A stretch of DNA of 64,000 nt from positions 15,078-79,077 of the forward strand of contig JAKQEI010000104.1 in the NCBI GenBank assembly GCA_029573495.1. Direction: 5' to 3'. The notes under the pieces are model-generated. The model saw only the letters and a program-made list of their open reading frames with translations, ran no database searches and was not told the origin of the DNA. The translations under genes and the position numbers were made by a program. The DNA is from Bacteroidota bacterium (lineage in GTDB: Bacteria; Bacteroidota; Bacteroidia; Flavobacteriales_F; PHOS-HE28). Shown piece after piece: positions 9,880 to 19,382 of the stretch. The stretch's first letter is position 1. Every line of letters starts with the position of its first letter.

Positions 9880-10472
9880 CCATGCGGATCGGCTGCCTCT
9901 TCGGGACCTTCGACCCGCCACACTTCGGCCATGTGGCCCTGGCCCGTCATATGCTCAACGCCTGCGGACTGGACCAGGTCTGGCTGGTGGTCACACCACA
10001 GAACCCGTTCAAGACCGATCGTCAGTTGAGCCCCGACGAACATCGGCTGGCCATGACGCGCCTGGCGGTCCGGGGAGTGGACGGGTTGGTCGCCAGTGGC
10101 TTCGAGATCGATCTGCCCAGGCCGAGCTACACGGTGGACAGTCTGCGTTTCATGCGGCACCGCTGGCCGGACCACGACTTCGCGCTCATCATCGGCAGCG
10201 ATAACCTGGCCGGCTTCCATCGTTGGAAGGAAGCTGAGGATATCCTCGAACATCATGAGCTCCTGGTGTATCCGCGGGAGGATTTCCAGGATCACCTCGC
10301 CACCTCGGCGTTCCATGGACATCCTGGCCTGCGCATTGTTGCCGACGCTCCGATGCTGCCCGTATCATCCACGGAGATCCGGCGACGCATCAAGGCATGG
10401 GAGCCCGTGGACGATCTGCTGTCGCCTGCCGTGCTCAGCTACATCCGCCAGCACCGCCTCTACAACCCCTGA
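9876..10472 (+). CDS. nadD: Nicotinate-nucleotide adenylyltransferase
   Basis: GTFDPPHFGH, SYTVDSL, IIGSDN, VSSTEIR; yicC-gmk-nadD order. Confidence 0.95.
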   Translation: MTMRIGCLFGTFDPPHFGHVALARHMLNACGLDQVWLVVTPQNPFKTDRQLSPDEHRLAMTRLAVRGVDGLVASGFEIDLPRPSYTVDSLRFMRHRWPDHDFALIIGSDNLAGFHRWKEAEDILEHHELLVYPREDFQDHLATSAFHGHPGLRIVADAPMLPVSSTEIRRRIKAWEPVDDLLSPAVLSYIRQHRLYNP

Positions 10473-11110
10473 AGGTCGATCGGCTCCACGATGCCCGCGC
10501 TTTGGATCAGGTGATCGCGAAGGACCGTCACCGCCCGGGCATGTCCGCTTTCGTTCACCACATGCAGGTCGCACAAATGCCTGTAGGGGAGAAGGTAGTT
10601 GCGGTAGGCGGGAAGGACATGATGCTCCCATTGATAGAGCACATCCTCCGCACCATAGCCCCGTTCCTGCGCATCCCGCTTGAGCCGACGCTCCAATTGA
10701 GCTCCCTCACTGGCATCGATGAAGATGCGCAGGTCGAACAGTTCCCGAACGGGCTCGTGGTGCAGCACGAAGAGCCCCTCGACCAGGATGACCGGTGAGG
10801 GACGGAGCTCGATCAACTTCGGTTCCTTGTCCGTCTGATTGAAGGTGTACTCCTTGCGGAAGATCGGATCACCAGCGACCAACGATCGCAGGTCCCTGGC
10901 CAGGGCGTCCATGTCCACCCCCTCAGGTAGGTCGAAGTTCACCTTGCCGTTCCGATCGAGCTTCTGGGACTCGATCGGCAGGTAGTAGTCGTCCTGGGAG
11001 ATGAGGCACGCCAGGCCTTCGGGCAGGGCTTTCTGAAGCGCACGTACCAGCGTGGTCTTGCCAGACCCGCTCCCTCCGGCAACGCCGACGAGGTACGCTC
11101 CACGGTGCAT
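10460..11110 (-). CDS. udk: Uridine kinase family protein
   Basis: GVAGGSGSGKTT, SQDDYY, NFDLPE, RDAQERG; start trimmed to MHRGAY with a TATTTTCG box just upstream. Confidence 0.88.
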   Translation of the reverse strand: MHRGAYLVGVAGGSGSGKTTLVRALQKALPEGLACLISQDDYYLPIESQKLDRNGKVNFDLPEGVDMDALARDLRSLVAGDPIFRKEYTFNQTDKEPKLIELRPSPVILVEGLFVLHHEPVRELFDLRIFIDASEGAQLERRLKRDAQERGYGAEDVLYQWEHHVLPAYRNYLLPYRHLCDLHVVNESGHARAVTVLRDHLIQSAGIVEPIDLQGL

Positions 11111-11221
11111 CGGTGGCGAAAATAGGGCATCGGCGTGTGGAGGTGGTGCTCCCCCTTCCATGGCAGGGTGACATCGTCGTAATAGTTTGAAAGCCAACCA
11201 TCCATGCCTGCTGAAATGGCT

Positions 11222-11238
11222 TTGGCACGCCGTTTGGC
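11222..11238 (+). promoter_or_regulatory. Putative sigma-54 (-24/-12) promoter
   Basis: TTGGCACG-ccgt-TTGG matches TGGCAC-N5-TTG; the -12 element reads GG instead of GC. Confidence 0.55.
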
Positions 11239-11270
11239 AGAAGTTCTTCGACCAACGAACACCAACTACC

Positions 11271-11408
11271 ATGAAGACCACCATCCAACCTTACCTGCGC
11301 CTCAAACGTGAAGCGATGCGGCAGATGCTCACCGGTGACGTCGAACGGTACATGCGCACGCTCCGTCTCCTGAACGACCTGCGTGGTCGTTCACGCGCCA
11401 TTGCTTAG
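11271..11408 (+). CDS. Small basic hypothetical protein (45 aa)
   Basis: MKTTIQPYLRLKREAMRQMLTGDVERYMRTL...; A/C-rich leader typical of Bacteroidota starts; sigma-54-like site upstream. Confidence 0.6.
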   Translation: MKTTIQPYLRLKREAMRQMLTGDVERYMRTLRLLNDLRGRSRAIA

Positions 11409-11570
11409 AAGGATCCAGCCCCCCGAGGACCGGTGTCGAACGGGTCCCGCCCCTCCAGGAGCGGCCCCTCGCCACCGGTCCTGTTATTCCGGAACCGCCC
11501 GCCAGCAGAGCCATATGAGCCAAAATCACATGCGAGGGATCTTTTTTCCGGGGCCCGCGTAGAAGGGTGC

Positions 11571-11747
11571 ATGACGAAGAAGGACAAGATAGCCTTCATC
11601 AAAAGCAGCAAGCGGAAAACGCACGTGTACAACAACCTGGACCGCTACACGGACCAGCAGTTGAACGACGTGATCCGGGAGATCGTGCAGGGGCTGATCC
11701 GCGAAAGCGAGATCATCGCCAATGCATACATCAACGGATACCGATAG
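11571..11747 (+). CDS. Small hypothetical protein (58 aa)
   Basis: MTKKDKIAFIKSSKRKTHVYNNLDRY...NGYR; host-like codons; followed by a hairpin. Confidence 0.72.
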   Translation: MTKKDKIAFIKSSKRKTHVYNNLDRYTDQQLNDVIREIVQGLIRESEIIANAYINGYR

Positions 11748-11789
11748 GACAACTGTCGCGTTCGCCCTGCTTGAAGGCTGAAGCCTCAG

Positions 11790-11832
11790 GTAACGGAGCC
11801 CCCCCACCGAACGGTGGGCGGGGCTTCGTTAC
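11790..11832 (+). terminator. Long GC hairpin after the small ORF
   Basis: GTAACGGAGCCCC...CCACCG-aa-CGGTGG...GGGGCTTCGTTAC. Confidence 0.55.
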
Positions 11833-11891
11833 GTTCGGGACCTGCACGTAGTGATCACGCATCCTCACAACGGGTAACTTGCCGTGAACGA

Positions 11892-12779
11892 ATGAACATG
11901 TACGAGCGCATCGACCTTGATGTCTGCCGGGTGGATGGTACCCGCATCATCGACCTAAAGGATTTCCCGACGGATCTGCCTGACCAGCATGCGAAGAAGG
12001 TGTTGAAGGATTCCGTGGCGGCGGATAGTGCCCGGATCGCCGAACTGCAGGAGACCCTCCATGCTCAGTCCTCCCACGCCCTGTTGCTGATCTTCCAGGC
12101 CATGGACGCGGCAGGGAAGGACAGCTGCATCCGCCATGTCCTCAGCGGCGTGAACCCGCAAGGGTGCCAGGTCACCTCGTTCAAGGCACCGAGCGCCGAG
12201 GAACTGGGGCACGATTTCCTGTGGCGCCATGCGAAGGCGGTACCAGCGCGGGGCATGATCGGGGTGCACAACCGCAGTCATTACGAGGAGGTGCTCGTGG
12301 TGAAGGTGCACCCGGCCTACCTCTCCGCGCAACGCCTGCCAGGCATCGATCCGGCGGACCTCCCCGGGTACTTCTGGGAACAGCGGTATGCATCCATCCG
12401 TGGCTTCGAGGCCCATCTGGCCGGCCAGGGGGTCACCATCATGAAGTTCTTCCTGCACATGGACAAGGCCGCGCAGAAGGAGCGATTCCTCGAACGGATC
12501 GAGGACCCAAAGAAGAACTGGAAATTCAGTCCGGGGGACGTGACCGAGCGGGGCTTCTGGGATGACTACCAGAAGGCGTACGCCCAGGCCATCGGAGCGA
12601 CCGCTGCACCGCACGCCCCCTGGTTCATCGTACCGGCGGACGACCAATGGGAAACGCGCGCCATCGTGGGGCGGTTGGTCCGGGAGCAACTCGAAGCCCT
12701 CGACCTGCGGACGCCCGAGCTCGATGCCCGAGCCACGGAGGCGATCGCCGTGGCGCGCATGCGGTTGCGCAAGGAGTGA
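11892..12779 (+). CDS. Polyphosphate kinase 2 family protein (probably class III)
   Basis: FQAMDAAGKD, SFKAPSAEE, HDFLWR, NRSHYEEVLVVKVH, KNWKFS, APWFIVPAD. Confidence 0.93.
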   Translation: MNMYERIDLDVCRVDGTRIIDLKDFPTDLPDQHAKKVLKDSVAADSARIAELQETLHAQSSHALLLIFQAMDAAGKDSCIRHVLSGVNPQGCQVTSFKAPSAEELGHDFLWRHAKAVPARGMIGVHNRSHYEEVLVVKVHPAYLSAQRLPGIDPADLPGYFWEQRYASIRGFEAHLAGQGVTIMKFFLHMDKAAQKERFLERIEDPKKNWKFSPGDVTERGFWDDYQKAYAQAIGATAAPHAPWFIVPADDQWETRAIVGRLVREQLEALDLRTPELDARATEAIAVARMRLRKE

Positions 12780-12804
12780 TCCAGTGCGATCGTACCTTCA
12801 CACC

Positions 12805-14571
12805 ATGCGTACGCACCGACAGAAGCGCTGGCGCCTGAAGCGACCGGCAGATCCCGGGATCGTGGCCCGATTGTTGAATGAACGGTGCCCACCCGTAGCC
12901 GCTGCGCTGCTGGCGCAGCGTGGCCTGGAGGACCCGGCTTCCGCCTCGGTCTTCTTCCGTCCCACGTTGGAACGATTGCACGATCCCTTCCTTATGGCGG
13001 ACATGCTGGCGGCCGTGGAACGCATCGAACGGGCCCTGGGTGACAATGAACGGATCATGGTCTACGGGGATTATGATGTGGACGGTACCACCGCCGTTGC
13101 CCTCGTCTATTCCTTCCTTTCACGATTCACCGGGAACCTCTCGTTCTATATCCCGGACAGGTACACCGAAGGCTACGGCATCTCGTTCCAAGGCATCGAC
13201 AGTGCAGTGAGCGAAGGAGCCGGAGTGATCATCGCGCTCGATTGTGGCATCAAAGCGGTGGACAAGGTGGCCTATGCCGCGGAACGGGGTGTGGACATGA
13301 TCATATGCGATCACCACAGGCCGGGTGATGAGCTGCCGAAAGCGGTGGCGGTTCTCGATCCCAAGCGGACGGACTGCGCCTATCCGTACAAGGAACTGAG
13401 CGGATGTGGCATCGGGTTCAAACTGGTCCAGGGTCTCGCGCAACGAAACGGGATCCCTCAGAGCGAGATCGAGACCCTTCTGGACCTGGTGGCCGTGAGC
13501 ACCGCATGCGACATCGTGCCGGTGACCGGTGAGAACAGGGTGCTCACCCACTTCGGCTTGAAACAGGTGAACCACGACCCTCGACCCGGCATCAAGGCGA
13601 TGATGCAGATGGCCAACGTGAAGCGGCGACTTGGCGTATCCGAACTGGTCTTCACCATCGGGCCGCGGATCAATGCGGCCGGACGGATCGAACATGGAAG
13701 ACAGGCCGTTGAGCTGCTGTTGGCGAAGGATCAGGAACAGGCCGATCAGATCGGTCTGCGCGTGGACGGGAATAACACGGCAAGACAGGAACTGGACAAG
13801 AACATCACGGAGTCCGCCCTGGAGCGCATCGCCGGTGATGAGGGTCTGCGCGAAGCGTGGAGCACGGTGGTGTTCGATGCGAGCTGGCACAAGGGTGTGA
13901 TCGGGATCGTCGCCTCACGCCTGATCGAACGGTACTACCGGCCGACCGTGGTGCTCACCGAAAGCCAGGGGAAGGCGGTCGGGAGCGCGCGCAGCGTCAA
14001 AGGGTTCGATGTGTACGAAGCGATCAATGCATGCAGTGACCTGCTGGACCAGTTCGGCGGTCACATGTACGCTGCCGGTCTCACGATGCCGTTGAGCAAT
14101 GTGGATGCCTTCCGTGCACGCTTCGATGAGGTGGTGCGCACGACGATGGATCCGGCATTGCGTGTGCCCGAGGAGGAGGTGGACGCCGAAGTGGTGCTCA
14201 GGGACCTGGACGATCCGTTAGCGCGTATCCTGCATCACATGGAACCCTTCGGGCCTGGGAACATGAAGCCGCTCCTGATGACAAGGGGGGTGGTGGATAC
14301 CGGCCAGGCCCGGATCGTGGGAGAGGATCATCTGAAGTGCGCTGTTCGCATGGCCGGTGGCGAGGGTCCGGTCTTCGATGCCATCGGTTTCCGACTCGGC
14401 GGGCACTTGGACCTGGTGAAGAGCGGCGCGCCGTTCAGCTTGATCTACACGTTGGAGGAGAATGAATGGAATGGCCGCCGAAGCCTGCAGCTGAACATCA
14501 AAGACCTGAAACCGGAGGTGCAGGGTGTGCTCGTGAACGAACCCGGCCTTCGGGCAGAGGCAACGGCATGA
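12805..14571 (+). CDS. recJ: Single-stranded-DNA-specific exonuclease RecJ
   Basis: YGDYDVDG, DHH, PRINAAGR, GSARS, FGGHMYAAG, EPFGPGN. Confidence 0.97.
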   Translation: MRTHRQKRWRLKRPADPGIVARLLNERCPPVAAALLAQRGLEDPASASVFFRPTLERLHDPFLMADMLAAVERIERALGDNERIMVYGDYDVDGTTAVALVYSFLSRFTGNLSFYIPDRYTEGYGISFQGIDSAVSEGAGVIIALDCGIKAVDKVAYAAERGVDMIICDHHRPGDELPKAVAVLDPKRTDCAYPYKELSGCGIGFKLVQGLAQRNGIPQSEIETLLDLVAVSTACDIVPVTGENRVLTHFGLKQVNHDPRPGIKAMMQMANVKRRLGVSELVFTIGPRINAAGRIEHGRQAVELLLAKDQEQADQIGLRVDGNNTARQELDKNITESALERIAGDEGLREAWSTVVFDASWHKGVIGIVASRLIERYYRPTVVLTESQGKAVGSARSVKGFDVYEAINACSDLLDQFGGHMYAAGLTMPLSNVDAFRARFDEVVRTTMDPALRVPEEEVDAEVVLRDLDDPLARILHHMEPFGPGNMKPLLMTRGVVDTGQARIVGEDHLKCAVRMAGGEGPVFDAIGFRLGGHLDLVKSGAPFSLIYTLEENEWNGRRSLQLNIKDLKPEVQGVLVNEPGLRAEATA

Positions 14572-15017
14572 TCGTACAGACCTCGGACGAACACTACATG
14601 CGCCAAGCCTTGAAGGAGGCCGAACTAGCGTTCAAGGCGGATGAAGTGCCTGTTGGCGTGGTGGTCGTATGGCAGGACCGCATCGTAGCTCGTGGGCACA
14701 ACCTCACTGAACGACTCAACGATGTGACTGCCCACGCGGAGATGCAGGCTATCACAGCAGCGGCGGAGCATGTCGGGGGCAAGTACCTGAAGGAGTGCAC
14801 CCTCTTCGTGACCTTGGAGCCTTGTGTGATGTGTGCTGGAGCGATGCATTGGGCGCAGTTGGGGCGCGTGGTGTTCGGTGCCTTCGACGAGAAGGCCGGA
14901 TACCGACGTTTCGGGGGTGCACTGCTGCATCCGAAGACCCAGGTGACCGGCGGGGTGCTCGAAGCGGAGTGTGCGGACCTGTTGAAGGCGTTCTTCAAGC
15001 GGAAGCGGGCGTTGTAG
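14568..15017 (+). CDS. tadA: tRNA adenosine deaminase TadA-like nucleoside deaminase
   Basis: EVPVG, HAE, TLEPCVMCAGA zinc motifs; ATGA overlap with recJ. Confidence 0.88.
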   Translation: MIVQTSDEHYMRQALKEAELAFKADEVPVGVVVVWQDRIVARGHNLTERLNDVTAHAEMQAITAAAEHVGGKYLKECTLFVTLEPCVMCAGAMHWAQLGRVVFGAFDEKAGYRRFGGALLHPKTQVTGGVLEAECADLLKAFFKRKRAL

Positions 15018-15121
15018 GGCCAACTGGTCGTCGTACCACGATGGTCCTTCCTTATTCCTCTCCATGGGAAGTATCTTTGTACCAGCCAGCGGCCACAACT
15101 CAATGACGCTGGCATTGAACC

Positions 15122-15532
15122 ATGTATCCTCCAGAGCTCGTTGCGCCCATGAAGACCGACCTGGTCTCCGTCGGTTTCGAACAATTGCAGACCCCCGACC
15201 AAGTAGATAAGGCCCTGACACAGCCAGGTACCGTCCTGTGCGTGGTGAACAGCGTATGCGGCTGTGCGGCCGGTGCCGCCCGCCCAGGCGCCAAGCAAAG
15301 TCTGACCGGCGGTAAACGACCGGATCATCTCGTGACTGTTTTCGCTGGCGTTGATACCGATGCCACGAACCAGGCCCGCAAACACTTCCTCCCATACCCG
15401 CCGAGCAGCCCGGCCATGGCGCTGTTCAAGGATGGCAAATTGGTGCACTTCCTCGAGCGCCATCACATCGAAGGCCGTAGTGCCGAGATGATCGCCGACA
15501 ACCTGAAGATGGCCTACGAAGAGTTCTGCTGA
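15122..15532 (+). CDS. BrxA/BrxB family bacilliredoxin
   Basis: NSVCGCAAGAARP, TVFAGVD, PPSSP, ERHHIEGR. Confidence 0.93.
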   Translation: MYPPELVAPMKTDLVSVGFEQLQTPDQVDKALTQPGTVLCVVNSVCGCAAGAARPGAKQSLTGGKRPDHLVTVFAGVDTDATNQARKHFLPYPPSSPAMALFKDGKLVHFLERHHIEGRSAEMIADNLKMAYEEFC

Positions 15533-15554
15533 CCGGGTCCCGCTCCGAATAAAG

Positions 15555-15586
15555 AGGCCCCGGTCAAGGACCGGGGCCTTTCTTTT
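15555..15586 (+). terminator. Rho-independent terminator
   Basis: AGGCCCCGGTC-aag-GACCGGGGCCT followed by TTCTTTT. Confidence 0.8.
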
Positions 15587-15608
15587 CCCACCTGATCCAT
15601 CGCCGACA

Positions 15609-16649
15609 ATGATGAATACGCTTCCACTCCTCTTCACGACCGCCCTGTTGATCCCCGGTGCCTCGAGTGCACAGACCCTGGTCTCCACGGAACCGCAGCA
15701 GCGAACGGCGTTGCTGGAGTTGTTCACTGCGATCAACTGTGGGAATTGCCCAGCAGCGCATACGGTTGCCAACGGGCTTACTGCAGCCCACCCGGATGAT
15801 CTCGTGCTCGTGGAGGTGCACGGTGGCTCCCTCTCGGTGCCGCAGGGCTCCCAGCCGGACTTCCGCACCGATGATGGTGCCGCGTTATGGTCTGCCTGGG
15901 GCGTAGCGTTCCAGCCGCAAGGACTGGTGAACCGCTCCCAGTTATCATCCGCCAATTCGTGGTCCTCGCAGGTTCCGGTGGTCCTGTCCGCACCTTCTCC
16001 GGTCAATGTGGGTCTCGCCAGTGCATATGATGCCAGCTCCCAACATGTGAGCATCACGGTCGAGGTGTACTACACTGGGACAAGCCTCACCTCCACTGAT
16101 CAGCTGTACGTTCTGCTCACCGAGGACCATGTGATCGGCTACCAGCAGGATTACGTGAATGGCGCACACGCAGCCTATGACCATCGCCATGTGTTGCGTG
16201 GCTACGTCACATCCGTGGATGGAGAGGACATCGCGATGCCGACCACAGGGGAATTCGTTCAGCGCAGTTATACCTACACCATGCCTTCTGCGTGGAATGT
16301 GGAAGAACTGCATGTGGTCGCGTTCGTTCAAGCGGACCAGGGACCGGTGTATCAGGTGCAGCGCGTGGCGGCAATGGATGGCTCGACCTCGATCAATGAG
16401 TCGTCGGGTGGTACGTTCATTGGGGACGCCTTCCCGGTGCCAGCCTCACAACTGGTGCACATCCCCATGGAGCCGGGCCACAACGGTGGGCTGTTGGTCG
16501 TGACCGATGTACAAGGGCGTACGGTGCGGTCCTTGAACGTCAATGCAGGGAGCACGATGCTGACCATGCCGGTCGCTGACCTGGCGGATGGCATCTATAC
16601 ATATGGTCTTGCTGGAGCTGATCGGAAGCGGATGGTGGTGAAGCATTGA
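15609..16649 (+). CDS. Omp28-related protein with thioredoxin-like CxxC and T9SS sorting domain
   Basis: Signal peptide; LELFTAINCGNCP; YDHRHVLR; VVAFVQ; C-terminal FPVPA...LADGIY...VVKH. Confidence 0.85.
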   Translation: MMNTLPLLFTTALLIPGASSAQTLVSTEPQQRTALLELFTAINCGNCPAAHTVANGLTAAHPDDLVLVEVHGGSLSVPQGSQPDFRTDDGAALWSAWGVAFQPQGLVNRSQLSSANSWSSQVPVVLSAPSPVNVGLASAYDASSQHVSITVEVYYTGTSLTSTDQLYVLLTEDHVIGYQQDYVNGAHAAYDHRHVLRGYVTSVDGEDIAMPTTGEFVQRSYTYTMPSAWNVEELHVVAFVQADQGPVYQVQRVAAMDGSTSINESSGGTFIGDAFPVPASQLVHIPMEPGHNGGLLVVTDVQGRTVRSLNVNAGSTMLTMPVADLADGIYTYGLAGADRKRMVVKH

Positions 16650-16675
16650 TGGCTCCGGCAGCAGCTCCCAAAATG

Positions 16676-16707
16676 ACGAAAGCCCCCGGAGATCCGGGGG
16701 CTTTCGT
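16676..16707. terminator. Bidirectional terminator hairpin
   Basis: ACGAAAGCCCCCGGA-ga-TCCGGGGGCTTTCGT between convergent genes. Confidence 0.8.
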
Positions 16708-16729
16708 ATGGTGATCCCTGGGGGTCCGC

Positions 16730-18112
<1,383 letters not shown>

Positions 18113-18123
18113 TTAAGCGGGGG

Positions 18124-18154
18124 CAAAGGTAGATGGGCCGTTCCGTCGCGCAAA
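18124..18154 (-). promoter_or_regulatory. Bacteroidota housekeeping promoter of gdhA
   Basis: Minus strand TTTG-N19-TACCTTTG, the canonical -33/-7 spacing. Confidence 0.8.
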
Positions 18155-18184
18155 TGGGAAGCGGTGTTGACCGGTCGGTGCGCT

Positions 18185-19291
18185 TTAATTCAACTGATAC
18201 ACCTTCCCCGGCAAACTACGCACCACCCCGTTGAACTCCATGTTCAACAGGAGCCCGGCCACCTTGCCCTGCGCCCATTTGCTCCGAACACAGAGATCGT
18301 CGATGTGAGCGCTGCCCTGTGCCTTGATGATGTCCACGAGCGTTTGCTCATCGGGCATCAACTCGGCGAATAGCGCGGCCTGAACCGGCGCTTTCTTCTT
18401 CTTCGGCATCCACTCCATCATCGTGATCACGTCCTGTGCATTGGTGATGAGCGCTGCCTTGTTCTGCTGGATCAGTTTGTTGCACCCCTCGCTGCGTGGA
18501 TCGGTCGGCCTGCCTGGAAAGGCGAAGACCTCGCGGTCGTAGCTGCTGGCGATGTCGGCCGTGATCAAACTGCCGCCCTTCGGCCCGCTCTCCACCACGA
18601 TGGTGCAGTCACTCAAGCCCGCGATCACGCGATTGCGCGCGGGGAAGTTCCCGGGTGCGAAGCTGGAGCCGCTCGGTAGTTCACTGACCAGGGCCCCGTG
18701 CTTCACCATCTCTTTAGCGGTGCCCGCGTGGTCGCCGGGATAGAGCTTGTCCAGGCCGTGCGCCACACAGCCGATGGTCGGCAGGCCGTTCCTCAGTGCA
18801 TGCCTGTGCGCCACGATGTCGATGCCGTAAGCGAGACCGCTGACAATGGTCGCGTTGCATTCCTTCAAGCCTTGCACGAGTTCCACGCACAGGCGTTTGC
18901 CTTCCTCGGTCGGGGTGCGCGTGCCCACGATGCTCACCATGTGCTCCGCCTCGAAGTCGGCATTGCCGTCCGCGAAGAGGATCACCGGTGCGTCCTCTGC
19001 CTGTTTCAAGCGACGCGGGAAGTCCGCGTCGAGATAGAAGTGCATCCGCAGCTTGTGCTTCCGCACATAGACCAGCTCCTTTTCCGCTGCGGCCAGCACC
19101 TTCTTGTCCGTGATGCTGGCGATCAACTTCGGTCCGATGCCGGGCACCTTGGCCAGGGTGTTCTTCAACTTGCGATCCGAGAAGATCGGTTCCACCCCAC
19201 CGCAATAGGCCACCAGGTTGCGCGCGTTCACCGGGCCGATACCCTTGAGCATGGACAGGGCGATGCGGTATATCCACTGCTGTTCCTCCAC
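18185..19291 (-). CDS. dprA: DNA-processing protein DprA (start uncertain: GTG at 19291 or ATG at 19327)
   Basis: IVGTR, IVSGLAYGID, FPARNRVIAGLS, GGSLITA, C-terminal winged helix. Confidence 0.95.
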   Translation of the reverse strand: MEEQQWIYRIALSMLKGIGPVNARNLVAYCGGVEPIFSDRKLKNTLAKVPGIGPKLIASITDKKVLAAAEKELVYVRKHKLRMHFYLDADFPRRLKQAEDAPVILFADGNADFEAEHMVSIVGTRTPTEEGKRLCVELVQGLKECNATIVSGLAYGIDIVAHRHALRNGLPTIGCVAHGLDKLYPGDHAGTAKEMVKHGALVSELPSGSSFAPGNFPARNRVIAGLSDCTIVVESGPKGGSLITADIASSYDREVFAFPGRPTDPRSEGCNKLIQQNKAALITNAQDVITMMEWMPKKKKAPVQAALFAELMPDEQTLVDIIKAQGSAHIDDLCVRSKWAQGKVAGLLLNMEFNGVVRSLPGKVYQLN

Positions 19292-19382
19292 GTGCGCGTA
19301 TGGCCCTTTCGCTACATTTAGCCGCATCGCCGACGGACCTGCCCGTGAGGTACGGCGGTGGTCCCACAAATGTAGCTGCCGC

